Source: a virus (Duplodnaviria; Heunggongvirae; Uroviricota; Caudoviricetes). Taken from it: a stretch of DNA of 64,000 nt. The stretch is from the IMG/VR virus record IMGVR_UViG_3300049595_003752, positions 12,163 to 76,162 of that record. The stretch is one strand, 5' to 3'. Under the pieces are notes generated by a model. That model saw only the letters and a program-made list of their open reading frames with translations. It did no database searches and was not told the DNA's origin. The position numbers and the translations under genes were made by a program. Positions 46,198 to 56,478 of this stretch are shown one piece after another; the stretch's first letter is position 1; the number at the start of each line of letters is the position of its first letter.

Positions 46198-47094
46198 TTA
46201 GACTAATAAAAGTCCGAATTTTTTACGATATTCTAACACAGAAAGTTCTTTTGCCTTAGATTCAAACATTAAATCTAAATCATAACCGTAAGTGTCAACT
46301 TCGTTTTGAATATAGTCATGGTGTGCACGAAAATTTTGTTCATCACGAGGTTCAGAAATATGAACAACTGGTGTTATATCAGAAGGCCAAGTTGCCACGG
46401 CAAGTTTTAAGGCATCTTCGATACTCATACCATCATTGTGACAGTTATGGTGATGATAGTCGAATACAATAGGTATTTTGGTGTTTTCATGGATATATAA
46501 CAAGTCTTTAACAGTAAACATATTTGGCTTGTCATCATTCTCAACAGTCAAACGTTTTTTGGTGTTTTCACCAAGTAATTGGAAGTTATCAACCCAACGT
46601 TTCATCGCATCTTGTTTATTACCATAGGCACCACCAACGTGAATGTTAATTTTAGAAAAAGGTGAAACAGGCAAACCTATCATATCCATAATTTCTGAAT
46701 GTTTGTCTAATTCTGAAATTGTTTTTTTAACAACATTTTCACTAGGTGAGGCTAAAACATTAAATGGACCTGGGTGAAAACTTAAACGATGGTTATATTG
46801 TCTGACAAGGTTACCTAAACCATTTAATAAGTTTTTAATTTTACCAATGTCAGGTAAGTCATCAAAATTATATTCACTCGACCAAGGAAACATATCAGAA
46901 CTCATGCGGTAAAGATTGATACCGTTTTTTTCATTCCATTTAATAACTTCAATAAGGTCCCGAACATTTTGTAAAGAAAGTTCTGACACATAATTAAGCC
47001 CTTTGGAGTCAAAAGTTTTTCGAATCATACCACGATTAGTCGTAATATTTTTCTCACCTAGGGTCATGTTGATACACGCGTAACCAATTTTCAT
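46198..47094 (-). CDS. uvdE: UV damage endonuclease (UvdE/UvsE family)
   Basis: INIHVGGAYGNK, LTVENDDK, PIVFDYHHH, RAHHDYI match B. subtilis UvsE blocks; start placed at MKIGYACINMT, 4 nt after a minus-strand TATGTTTG box. Confidence 0.85.
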   Translation of the reverse strand: MKIGYACINMTLGEKNITTNRGMIRKTFDSKGLNYVSELSLQNVRDLIEVIKWNEKNGINLYRMSSDMFPWSSEYNFDDLPDIGKIKNLLNGLGNLVRQYNHRLSFHPGPFNVLASPSENVVKKTISELDKHSEIMDMIGLPVSPFSKINIHVGGAYGNKQDAMKRWVDNFQLLGENTKKRLTVENDDKPNMFTVKDLLYIHENTKIPIVFDYHHHNCHNDGMSIEDALKLAVATWPSDITPVVHISEPRDEQNFRAHHDYIQNEVDTYGYDLDLMFESKAKELSVLEYRKKFGLLLV

Positions 47095-47121
47095 AATACA
47101 AACATACACATTTATATTTTA

Positions 47122-47322
47122 TTGTACAATATTAATCTTATGAAAAATTATTTTGTTAATGCTTATGTTAGAAGTAGGTCATCTAGTTTTATAGACGCTC
47201 ATATAAGAATGATGGAAATGTATGTACCGTATCTTAAAAACGGTAAATTAGAATACAAAGAAAAATCGATTGAACCTGAATATAGGTTAAAACCACATAT
47301 ATTTATTAGCAATGGAAGATAA
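47122..47322 (+). CDS. Small hypothetical protein
   Basis: 66 aa ORF. Confidence 0.4.
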   Translation: MYNINLMKNYFVNAYVRSRSSSFIDAHIRMMEMYVPYLKNGKLEYKEKSIEPEYRLKPHIFISNGR

Positions 47323-47551
47323 AGCTAGTAAAGTGTTTATTATTTTGGATTCACTACTTGAATCTAAAGCTAGATATATTGAAATATCTAAAAACGGTGA
47401 GTCTATTTTTAAAGTTAAATTGATTACTGAGGCTGAAGACATGGTTGAGTTTTTGGATGGTTTTTTTGATAACGGTTTTACTGTTAAAGAAATTAGTAAA
47501 AAAGAATTTGACGATTTTGAAGGTATAGAAACTTTAAAATTTAATATCTAA
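47312..47551 (+). CDS. Small hypothetical protein
   Basis: 79 aa ORF. Confidence 0.4.
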   Translation: MEDKASKVFIILDSLLESKARYIEISKNGESIFKVKLITEAEDMVEFLDGFFDNGFTVKEISKKEFDDFEGIETLKFNI

Positions 47552-47582
47552 AGACATATTTATTATTAAACATAAAGGTAAA

Positions 47583-47996
47583 ATGAAAAAGAGAGTTAGA
47601 ATTAACAATGATAAAGTTAAAAAACTTGTTAGTGAAAAACTAAAACAGGGTGGTACCTTTGTGCATGAATCTAAAATTGATAAAGCAATTAAACAATATT
47701 TAAGTGAACGTAAAGAAGGTTTAGACCCTGAAAACGCTCCTGAATATGAAGAAAAAAACTTTAGTGATAGAGCTAGAAAAAGTTTTAGTGATATGACTAA
47801 GGCTTTATACGATATTGTAGAAGATTTAATGATAATTCAGGCCAAAGAACCAGATGTTTTAGTAGATATGTACCCAGAAGAGGTATATTCGGAAGGTTAT
47901 ATAGAGGAAGTTGTTAACCAATTAGAGCTTATTATAGAACATCTTGAATACTTGGAAGGTCTTAACCCGGAAGATTTCGAGGATTTTAAAAAGTAA
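47583..47996 (+). CDS. Hypothetical protein
   Basis: 137 aa ORF. Confidence 0.45.
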   Translation: MKKRVRINNDKVKKLVSEKLKQGGTFVHESKIDKAIKQYLSERKEGLDPENAPEYEEKNFSDRARKSFSDMTKALYDIVEDLMIIQAKEPDVLVDMYPEEVYSEGYIEEVVNQLELIIEHLEYLEGLNPEDFEDFKK

Positions 47997-48046
47997 TATT
48001 TAGTATCAATTATAAATTATTTAGTTTTATCTAAACAATCAAATTT

Positions 48047-48292
48047 ATGATAGATGAATTATACGATTCCGTATTAAGTATTACAAATCAAACAGGTTAT
48101 ATAGATAAAATAGCAGAATTTGAAGATAAAAAATCTTATTTACGCTGGTCTTCGAACAATCTATTCAAACACAATAACCATAAAATTTACAATCCAAATT
48201 ACCCAATAAAAACTTTTTCACACGATTACAATTTTAGACTACCTTTTTCTTTTATAATAAAAGAAGATGGTACCATTGACAATGTTGATTGA
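48047..48292 (+). CDS. Small hypothetical protein
   Basis: 81 aa ORF. Confidence 0.4.
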   Translation: MIDELYDSVLSITNQTGYIDKIAEFEDKKSYLRWSSNNLFKHNNHKIYNPNYPIKTFSHDYNFRLPFSFIIKEDGTIDNVD

Positions 48293-48304
48293 TATTTATA
48301 TCTG

Positions 48305-49522
48305 ATGGCAATTAAAGGACATAAAGAAAGAGCGTTATTACGTAGAGGTTATCAAGTTCAAGAGGCATTAAAAAGAAGACCTATGTTGAATGAAACTTCT
48401 TTTTTACGTAGAAGTCTGATTTCTGAAAGTATTGATGCAGAAAAAAATTTAAAACTAAGCCAACTTTGTGGGGAAGATATATCACACAACATCAAAGATA
48501 GTGTGTATTGTGATTTAGCTAAAATTTTAGATGAATTACCACAAGCTTTAGCTGAAGAAACTTATGGTGCAATAGTTAATTTATATAACTTTTTTAAACC
48601 CATTAAAAAAGATAATAGGATTGTTTTTATAAAAACTATCAAAGTTATTTTAAAAAATGAAAATCCAGCCAACTCTTTAAGGTTAATATCTAAATTTTTA
48701 AAAGACCCTGAATTTGAAAAAGATGATGTTAAAAAAGCACTTATAAGTTTTAGAAATAAAGAATCTGTACCACAAAACCAGTTAGAAGAATTTTTAAAGA
48801 AAGCTAGATATAAAGAGTATTCTAAATACGAAGAATCTTTTTCAGGTAATAATTTTGATTTATTAAGAGGTAAAAGTAAATTAAGTCATGGTCAAATAAA
48901 TCCCGAAACTGGTAAATCAGAATCATTTTTTAAAATGGTTAGAAGTGTTTATGAAGGAAATATTGATGTTAAATTATTTATCGATTCAGTCTCTAAGGCT
49001 GTATTAAATACTGATATAGAAGACTTACTTTTTAAATCAGATTTAAAAGTAAAAAGTGATTTAATGGTTGGTGAAGATGTTATAATCCCACAGGGTTCCA
49101 GTATTGAGGTTAAAAAATTTGATTACGAAATTGATAGTTATTTTTCAGAATATTTTGCTATATACAAAAATAGTGACATACCTGAAATAGCTTACGAGGA
49201 AGATTTTAAAGATTTATATAATTACATTATTGATAGTATTTTTAAAAATGTTGAAAAAAATGGTCAATACATGATTAACAAAATCTCTGATAATGTTGAT
49301 GGTATTATGTACGACAGAAACATTATTGTGTTAAAAAAAGATATTGAGTTTTACTGGAGTAATAAAGGTCAAAGAGGTTGTGATGAACGTAGATTAAGTG
49401 TTAGGTTTAGAATAAAAAACCCAAACATTATCGCTTACACGTATGATTCAAAAACACACAGTAACCAGTTAATCCCTCAAGAGCTTGACGTTGATGTTAA
49501 GTCTAAAGTTTTTTGTCAGTAA
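48305..49522 (+). CDS. Hypothetical protein
   Basis: 405 aa ORF. Confidence 0.55.
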   Translation: MAIKGHKERALLRRGYQVQEALKRRPMLNETSFLRRSLISESIDAEKNLKLSQLCGEDISHNIKDSVYCDLAKILDELPQALAEETYGAIVNLYNFFKPIKKDNRIVFIKTIKVILKNENPANSLRLISKFLKDPEFEKDDVKKALISFRNKESVPQNQLEEFLKKARYKEYSKYEESFSGNNFDLLRGKSKLSHGQINPETGKSESFFKMVRSVYEGNIDVKLFIDSVSKAVLNTDIEDLLFKSDLKVKSDLMVGEDVIIPQGSSIEVKKFDYEIDSYFSEYFAIYKNSDIPEIAYEEDFKDLYNYIIDSIFKNVEKNGQYMINKISDNVDGIMYDRNIIVLKKDIEFYWSNKGQRGCDERRLSVRFRIKNPNIIAYTYDSKTHSNQLIPQELDVDVKSKVFCQ

Positions 49523-50310
49523 TTTTTAACGACACTTTTAGCTGTTATAGCGTTGTAGTTAATTAAAATTTTACACAAATCTATTGGTATTATTACTCTG
49601 TCAGATTCAAAAATAAATTTTTTAGGTTGATTATCGAAAACTGCGACGTGATACTCCTGACCACTCTGTTTCCCAAAAATTATCAAATCAGTGTTGTAAT
49701 CTCTTCTTAGAGAATCTGTCGATACATACCAATATTTTTTACCTTTTGATAGATTTTCAAAAGTTTTAACTTGTGCAGTTGACGATTTTCTAGGAAATCC
49801 GTTATAATTTGATTCTATAGACATATCAATACCTGCAAAATCTAAACTACCACCAGCTTCGGAAACCATAGTAACTTTAGTTTCAGGTAATGATTCTAAA
49901 ACAATTTTAACAAAATTTTCCCTTTTAACCCCACTACGTCTTGTTTTATTTACCGTATTTACAATATCATTTTTTAAAGTAGAGTTTGGACCAAAAATAT
50001 TTTGTCTTTCTTGCCATAATAATCTAAAAAAATTACGGTTACCTTCATCTTCGGTGTAACTTTTATTAAAATCTATAGTAAAATCACCAATATTTTTTAA
50101 ATAAGGTATAACAATTTTATCTCTAACAATATAATGTGTATTAATAAAATTATAATTTGACCAATTAAGGTCATCTTCGTCAGTCAAAGGTCTAACTACG
50201 CCTTCATTACCGGCAGAACCAATACCCCAATATGGAGTATTTTCATATATATCTTTAATAATGTTACTTATCGCAACTTTATAATCGTTTTCAAATTTAG
50301 TACGTGCCAT
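49516..50310 (-). CDS. Hypothetical protein
   Basis: 264 aa ORF. Confidence 0.5.
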   Translation of the reverse strand: MARTKFENDYKVAISNIIKDIYENTPYWGIGSAGNEGVVRPLTDEDDLNWSNYNFINTHYIVRDKIVIPYLKNIGDFTIDFNKSYTEDEGNRNFFRLLWQERQNIFGPNSTLKNDIVNTVNKTRRSGVKRENFVKIVLESLPETKVTMVSEAGGSLDFAGIDMSIESNYNGFPRKSSTAQVKTFENLSKGKKYWYVSTDSLRRDYNTDLIIFGKQSGQEYHVAVFDNQPKKFIFESDRVIIPIDLCKILINYNAITAKSVVKNY

Positions 50311-50355
50311 TTAGTTAAATTTTGATATTTATAAATATAATCAAAAATTTCTTTA

Positions 50356-52032
50356 ATGAACATAATTTTAGAAAACATAAGAAAAGTTTTATTAGAAAAC
50401 AGGGTTGATGATGTTAAGAAAAAATATCCTGAAGTTGACCCTGCTATTATTGACTATTTTGTAAAAGAAGACCCGTCAGGTAACAACAAATATCTTGATT
50501 GGTTGGTTAAGGCTATGACCCATGGACCAACAATCCAATCTGTTGAAGATATTTTGGATGAGGCTATGCAATTTAACACACCTCAAGAGTTTTTAATGAT
50601 GTTGGTTAAAAAATTTCACGAATTATTACCTTATATGGTATATGTTGAAGATGGTAAGAAAGTTGGTACTACTGATTTGTATCAATATAAATTTACTGAC
50701 AGTGAAATGATTAATTTTTTGGGTTTTGATTTATCTCAAGCAAAAGAAAGAAAAGACGAAAAGAATAAACAAAAAGACGCGAAGAAAAATTCTGATAAAA
50801 TCTATGAAGATAAAAATTGGTTGGTAGTTAGACCAAAAAATTGGGAGTCTTCTTGTGTATATGGAGCCGGTACTAAGTGGTGTACAACATCCAAAGAAAA
50901 TAGTTCACACTTTAAACGTGAAACTGACCGTAACTTTTTAATTTACGTAATTAACAAAAATAAAACTTCTAAAGATACTGAATACAAGGTTGCTTGGCAA
51001 ATTCCTTATACGAAAAAAGTAAATAAATACGTTACCTCAACACCAGGTAACCCATCAGTTTGGACTTTAAATACCGATAAAATTAAATTATGGAATGCTG
51101 AGGATACTAATATAGCAAGTAGAGGTTCTTCTGGTTATGATTATTTAGATACGGTTCCGGCCTCTGTTAAGGGGAATATTTTAAAATACATGCAAAGACA
51201 AATGGATGAAATGTATGCCAACATGGCTTACGTTGAAGATCCTTACACCCAAGCTTTGGTTGAGCATTTGGCTTTAAGTGAAGAAGAAGTTGAAGAGGTT
51301 GAACAAAGAGATTACGGTTATTACGGTATGCGTGTTTATACCGTAGACGGTAGTGATGATTATGCTGTAGCAACAACAGATGAGGTTGAGAGGGCGAAAC
51401 ACGAATGGGCGGAAAATTATATTAACGATTTAGGTATTTGGGAAGCTATTGGTAATAATCCCGAAAAATACATTTATATTAACGACCCAAGGACTATAGC
51501 AAATGATATGGCTGAAAATTATATAGGGGATTTAAATGTAACTGACGATATATTACACGAAGGAAAAAGATTGGACAAAGAAACCAAAGCTATGGTTGAA
51601 GAATGGGAAGTTAATCAATCAATCATGGAAACTAATCAAGAAGATATTGATGATATGATGGAAAGATATGGTGAATTAGATGAAGACGAAGAACAAGAAT
51701 TGTCAGAATTAGAAATTGAAAATGAATCAATAGAAAAAACAAACGATAAACTTTTACAATCTATTAAAGATAGAATTCGTGACGATTATTATGAAACTTA
51801 TGTTACTCGTATGACAGACGACCCATTAGATTGGTTGGAAGAGTTTGGTTACTGGAGTAGTAAAACTGGTTTAGATAAATTTGCCATTAAAAACGGTTTG
51901 GTTGGTATTGACGAAACCGAATTAATTAATGATATGGCAGATGATTTAGATTACGAATATTTTAGTAGGACTGGTAATTACGAGTATGTAAACATAGAAG
52001 GTGATAGATACTACATCTTCCCAACAGATTAA
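50356..52032 (+). CDS. Paralog family A protein with acidic C-terminal half
   Basis: DPSGNNKYLDWL; YEDKNWLVVRPKNWESSCVYGAGTKWCTTSKEN. Confidence 0.7.
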   Translation: MNIILENIRKVLLENRVDDVKKKYPEVDPAIIDYFVKEDPSGNNKYLDWLVKAMTHGPTIQSVEDILDEAMQFNTPQEFLMMLVKKFHELLPYMVYVEDGKKVGTTDLYQYKFTDSEMINFLGFDLSQAKERKDEKNKQKDAKKNSDKIYEDKNWLVVRPKNWESSCVYGAGTKWCTTSKENSSHFKRETDRNFLIYVINKNKTSKDTEYKVAWQIPYTKKVNKYVTSTPGNPSVWTLNTDKIKLWNAEDTNIASRGSSGYDYLDTVPASVKGNILKYMQRQMDEMYANMAYVEDPYTQALVEHLALSEEEVEEVEQRDYGYYGMRVYTVDGSDDYAVATTDEVERAKHEWAENYINDLGIWEAIGNNPEKYIYINDPRTIANDMAENYIGDLNVTDDILHEGKRLDKETKAMVEEWEVNQSIMETNQEDIDDMMERYGELDEDEEQELSELEIENESIEKTNDKLLQSIKDRIRDDYYETYVTRMTDDPLDWLEEFGYWSSKTGLDKFAIKNGLVGIDETELINDMADDLDYEYFSRTGNYEYVNIEGDRYYIFPTD

Positions 52033-52211
52033 AAAGGGTAAGTATTTGTTAGAGCAAATATTTTTTCACACTCAAATCTTTCTTTATTTTCCTCATAAAA
52101 ATCCACAATAGCTTTATCCTCTTGTTGTTTAAGCCATTCTGTGTACTGATAATCGTAGTCTTCATTTACACGATTAATTTCATCAATAAATTGTTCTTTA
52201 ATTCTGCTCAT
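52029..52211 (-). CDS. Small hypothetical protein
   Basis: 60 aa ORF. Confidence 0.35.
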   Translation of the reverse strand: MSRIKEQFIDEINRVNEDYDYQYTEWLKQQEDKAIVDFYEENKERFECEKIFALTNTYPF

Positions 52212-52447
52212 ACGAATGATAATTTTTTAAGTTCTTGTTTTGGTTTAATATTTTCGATAATTTTTATAACACCCATATTAATATCTCTTTTGAAAATTTC
52301 ATACCCATACCAACCAGGGTGAACACTATTATTGGTGTTGTAAGTAAAACCAGCTACTTCACCATCCAAACCGTAGTTTGGTTCAAAATAATGTTCGAAA
52401 TAATAATTTGGATATCTTTCTGATAGTGGGTAAACTCTTACTTTCAT
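52208..52447 (-). CDS. Small hypothetical protein
   Basis: 79 aa ORF. Confidence 0.4.
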   Translation of the reverse strand: MKVRVYPLSERYPNYYFEHYFEPNYGLDGEVAGFTYNTNNSVHPGWYGYEIFKRDINMGVIKIIENIKPKQELKKLSFV

Positions 52448-52512
52448 ACCACAAAGATATAAAAAAAATGGGAACCTAAAAAGATTCCCATTGATTTTTT
52501 CTAACTAATTTT

Positions 52513-53613
52513 TTAGAAAACAAATTCACAATCATGTTCCTTTTTGAACATAAATAAACCAGCTTGTTTTCTCAAATCAGCTTTCGCATATTCACCGATA
52601 CCCATACCATAATCGTGAGATGCCACATCAGTCAAAGAGTTAAGAAGTTCCCAAGAAGTCATGTTAGTCTTAGCATTTTTCCAATGACGATTAGTCAAAG
52701 TATCAAGGTTGTAACCTTTTTGATTGTAATCTGCCTTAATTTCGTTTGTAGGGAAGAAACGGTCAAGAACTGCCTCAACACGTGCGTCATTCTTGTCAGT
52801 AACTTTGTTTGCCACCATTTCACGAAGTTTCATAACTTCATTATAAGAAGCTGAAATTGAATTCATTTTTCTTACTTGGTCAGAAAACACCCCTTGAAAT
52901 TTTTGGTTAGTTTCAGCCAAACCTTTAACATCTGTCATAAATTTGTTGATACTTTCAATAGAGTTATCCATCAAACGAGGACCCATTTCAAGACGACGAG
53001 GACCAACCATCCCGTTCTCACAAACAAGACGAAGAATATAAGGGTCAATTGCGATATCCTCAGTAGGACCTGCGGTTACAATAACACCTGTATGGAAAGC
53101 TTCATCCTTCAAATCAGGAATATCAAAACCCCAATTACTTTTTACAGTAGAGATTTGGATGTTTCCGTCACTTGAGATTGACATGTTACCAACATCCAAT
53201 TGGTGGTCATTGATTACATTTTCAACCATATCAAAATAGAAATCTGTTGAAATGTATGGTTTACTTGCGTCAGTGATAGCCACAACTCTCATAGTTGAAG
53301 GGGATATATAAATCGCCACTTTCATGTCTTTTTGAGTTGCCATCTTGGTTTTAATGACTTTTACCAATTGGTTACGAGAATTCATACCGAAGATATCAGT
53401 AAATTTACCCATAAAAGAATCACTAATCTTAAGAGTTTTAAGTAATGACTTAAAAGCCCCAGACGATAGTTTTAATTTTACTCCGTCAATAGAGATATTA
53501 CCATTACGACTTTCAACATCTTCAAAATCAATGTTAAGTTCAGCAAGAGTCATATTCTTACGGATGGGATAATTGTCTTTTACTTCTTTTTTAAAATTTT
53601 CGTAGTTTTCCAT
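52513..53613 (-). CDS. Hypothetical protein
   Basis: 366 aa ORF. Confidence 0.55.
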   Translation of the reverse strand: MENYENFKKEVKDNYPIRKNMTLAELNIDFEDVESRNGNISIDGVKLKLSSGAFKSLLKTLKISDSFMGKFTDIFGMNSRNQLVKVIKTKMATQKDMKVAIYISPSTMRVVAITDASKPYISTDFYFDMVENVINDHQLDVGNMSISSDGNIQISTVKSNWGFDIPDLKDEAFHTGVIVTAGPTEDIAIDPYILRLVCENGMVGPRRLEMGPRLMDNSIESINKFMTDVKGLAETNQKFQGVFSDQVRKMNSISASYNEVMKLREMVANKVTDKNDARVEAVLDRFFPTNEIKADYNQKGYNLDTLTNRHWKNAKTNMTSWELLNSLTDVASHDYGMGIGEYAKADLRKQAGLFMFKKEHDCEFVF

Positions 53614-53675
53614 ATTTTTTTATTGTTTATACAAATATAATGATTTTTTTAATAAATACAACACTTTATAGATAA

Positions 53676-54689
53676 TTATCTACCCATTTGGATTATTCTT
53701 TCCGCCTCAATTTCATCATCAGATTCACCCTCAAACTCTCTCATTATTTGTTCTTCAGTTTCACTAGTAAATAAAACATCACTAACGGTATCTTCTTCAA
53801 CAAATTCTTTTACCAAAGGAACCTTACTATAAATTTCTTTGTCAGAAGTTTCTGATTGTTGGAGAAGTTCCAAAAGTTTTTGGTCATTTTCATTTTGAAA
53901 TGAATCCATTTGTTTTTGAATTTCAATAGCCTTTTCTAACTCATTGTATTTTTTAGAGTCATAGTTAATCTCACCACTAATTTTATCTAAAACCATATAA
54001 AGTTTTTTACGTGTATCACCTCTACGGTTTTTAACATAAACTAAATAACGTTGTCCAGTAACTTCATCAACACGAACAAACATCATAGCTGTTGTATTGT
54101 GTTTAAGTTTAGTAGAACCTGCGTACTCACCACCTTTAGTGATATGTTGGATAACATCGAAAGATGTATATTTTTTAAGTTCGTTTTGACCTTTAGTGTG
54201 TTTAACTAATAGATTAATTAACCAAGTTTCAACGGTTGAAGCGTTCATCTTACTTTGTGAGTCTTTGATTTTATCTTTCACATCCATAAAAGAGTCCATG
54301 ATAACATAATCCCAACCCATATCAAGAGCTTGTTCCAAGGCTAATTTAGGATTTTCATAATCCGCCATGTAAAGTGTATTCAAATTCATTAATTGTGGGA
54401 GTTCTTCAGCTAATTCACGGTTGTCAATTGGATTCATTTCAGATGAAATATAAAGACATTTTTTGTCGGGGTTATAACGTTCAATACCAGTCATTTTATC
54501 AACTAACATTGTGGTTTTACCTGAACCTGGTTCACCAACTACAACCGAAATGGTTGCTGGCATGGTACCACCTTTTTTAGATATTACAGTATCGATGAAT
54601 TTACCACTTTTTAATGGGATAAAAACTTCAGGCGGAAAATTAAAGTCAGTTAGTTTTACAATTTGTACCGATTCTTTTTGTTTTGTCAT
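53676..54689 (-). CDS. P-loop NTPase, RecA/DnaB-C-terminal/Sak4-like
   Basis: Walker A VVVGEPGSGKTT; acidic C-terminus. Confidence 0.5.
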   Translation of the reverse strand: MTKQKESVQIVKLTDFNFPPEVFIPLKSGKFIDTVISKKGGTMPATISVVVGEPGSGKTTMLVDKMTGIERYNPDKKCLYISSEMNPIDNRELAEELPQLMNLNTLYMADYENPKLALEQALDMGWDYVIMDSFMDVKDKIKDSQSKMNASTVETWLINLLVKHTKGQNELKKYTSFDVIQHITKGGEYAGSTKLKHNTTAMMFVRVDEVTGQRYLVYVKNRRGDTRKKLYMVLDKISGEINYDSKKYNELEKAIEIQKQMDSFQNENDQKLLELLQQSETSDKEIYSKVPLVKEFVEEDTVSDVLFTSETEEQIMREFEGESDDEIEAERIIQMGR

Positions 54690-54758
54690 ACAGTTTGTGT
54701 TTAGTTTTATTTACTCTTACAAAGATATAATATTGTTATTTAACAAACAAATTTATTT

Positions 54759-54995
54759 ATGGAAAACAAAGAAATGGTTAGTCATCCACAACATTATGGT
54801 GGTAAAGATAACGTTTATGAGGCAATTAAAGTAATAGATGCTTGGGATTTAGGATTTTCTTTGGGGAATACCATAAAATATATCTCAAGAGCTGGTAAAA
54901 AGAATCAAACTAAAGAATTAGAGGATTTAAAAAAAGCCTTATGGTATTTAAATCACCATATTAAAACATTAGAAAGTAAATTGAAAGAAAATTAG
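54759..54995 (+). CDS. DUF3310-like small phage protein
   Basis: HPQHYGG...YEAIKVIDAWDLGFSLGNTIKYISRAGKK pattern. Confidence 0.5.
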   Translation: MENKEMVSHPQHYGGKDNVYEAIKVIDAWDLGFSLGNTIKYISRAGKKNQTKELEDLKKALWYLNHHIKTLESKLKEN

Positions 54996-55022
54996 TGATA
55001 TTTATTATTAAAGTAATTTTTA

Positions 55023-56453
55023 ATGTCAACTTTATTATTAGAAAACAAATATCTCATAACTGAATCTGGTATCAGAGATATAAACAAATTAGCACAACGT
55101 TATGATAACGCTAAAATATACTTCCACCAAGACTTAGATGGTGTAACCACCGCTATTGCAATGAAAAACTACCTTGAACAAAATGGTATCAAAGTTGTTG
55201 AAACAGAAGTTATACAGTATGGTGATAAAGAATTTAGTATTAAAAAACCAATGGCAAGAGGTGATATAATGCCGGTTTTGGTTGACTTTGCACACGGTAA
55301 ACCAATGTTTGTTATTCATACTGATCATCACGATAAACAGGTTGGTGCTGAAAAAGGAGCGTCAACATCTTTTAGACAATCACGTTCAAACGTTGAAACT
55401 ATTTCACAAATAGTTTCCCCAAAAGAAATATTCCCATACTTAGATGTTTTAATGATTTCTACTGTTGATAGTGCGGATTATGCTAAAATGGGTATTACCC
55501 CTGAACAAGTTATGAACTATGTGTTTGTTTTGGATAAGGAAAAAAGTCTTGAAAAGAATAAAAAGATGATGGCCCTTGTAACTAACAAATTATTGTTAGC
55601 TTATAAAAACAAACCTAAATTTTTAGAAAGGCTGGTTATGGAATCTTCCGCATCCCTTTTAAGTATATATCAAAATATAGTTAGATTAGCAAAAGAAGAA
55701 GGTTATACTTCACCTGAAGTAATGACACAACACGCTAAGGAATACGCTGAATCAATGAAGACTAGTAAAAATGTATCATATGACCCTACAACTGGTATTA
55801 TTTCACAGTATGGTGGTGGTTACATGGTAAAACCTGGTTCTTATGATAGATACGTACCTTTTAAAAACTTTCCTGAGGCTAATTTCTTAATTATAGCATG
55901 GCCTTTAGGTTTACTACAAGCTAGTTGTAACCCATTTAAGGCTGAAAGAAGTCTTAAAGGTGTTAATTTGGGTGAAATAGCTCAAGAAGTTTTAGTCAAA
56001 TTTAAACCACAATTAGAACAGTTTGAAATTACTGTTGATACAATCAAATATTTTGCTGAAAAACACAAAGATTTTAGTCAAGAATCAGTTGGTTTTACCT
56101 ATAATGACCTTATGGCAATTTATGGTCAGACAGAAGGTGGTATCACTGGTTTAAATACGGTACCCGAAGGTGCTAAAGAAGGTTACACGGTTGAAAGGTG
56201 GAGGGAAGCTATTAAAAAAGTTATGGATAAACCTTATACAAGTTTGGGTGAGAAAGAAATTAAAGCCTTAAAAATGTTAAAAGTTTCGGGGTGGGATATC
56301 ATTCAAGCTAATAGTGGTGGTCACAAGTGTATAACCAATATTTCAGGTCTTATGTATTTTGGAAAACAAGGTGTACCTTATCTTAAAGAATTTCAAGCTG
56401 AGTTTGAAAAAGAACTTAGAACAAAAATATTAACAAACAATCAAACAAAATAA
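55023..56453 (+). CDS. DHH-family phosphoesterase (RecJ/NrnA-like)
   Basis: Motifs HQDLDG, VDFAHG, HTDHHD. Confidence 0.55.
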   Translation: MSTLLLENKYLITESGIRDINKLAQRYDNAKIYFHQDLDGVTTAIAMKNYLEQNGIKVVETEVIQYGDKEFSIKKPMARGDIMPVLVDFAHGKPMFVIHTDHHDKQVGAEKGASTSFRQSRSNVETISQIVSPKEIFPYLDVLMISTVDSADYAKMGITPEQVMNYVFVLDKEKSLEKNKKMMALVTNKLLLAYKNKPKFLERLVMESSASLLSIYQNIVRLAKEEGYTSPEVMTQHAKEYAESMKTSKNVSYDPTTGIISQYGGGYMVKPGSYDRYVPFKNFPEANFLIIAWPLGLLQASCNPFKAERSLKGVNLGEIAQEVLVKFKPQLEQFEITVDTIKYFAEKHKDFSQESVGFTYNDLMAIYGQTEGGITGLNTVPEGAKEGYTVERWREAIKKVMDKPYTSLGEKEIKALKMLKVSGWDIIQANSGGHKCITNISGLMYFGKQGVPYLKEFQAEFEKELRTKILTNNQTK

Positions 56454-56478
56454 AAAAGGGGTTTTTAACCCCTTTTTT
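56452..56478. terminator. Bidirectional intrinsic terminator
   Basis: AAAAGGGGTT-ttt-AACCCCTTTT between convergent genes. Confidence 0.65.
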
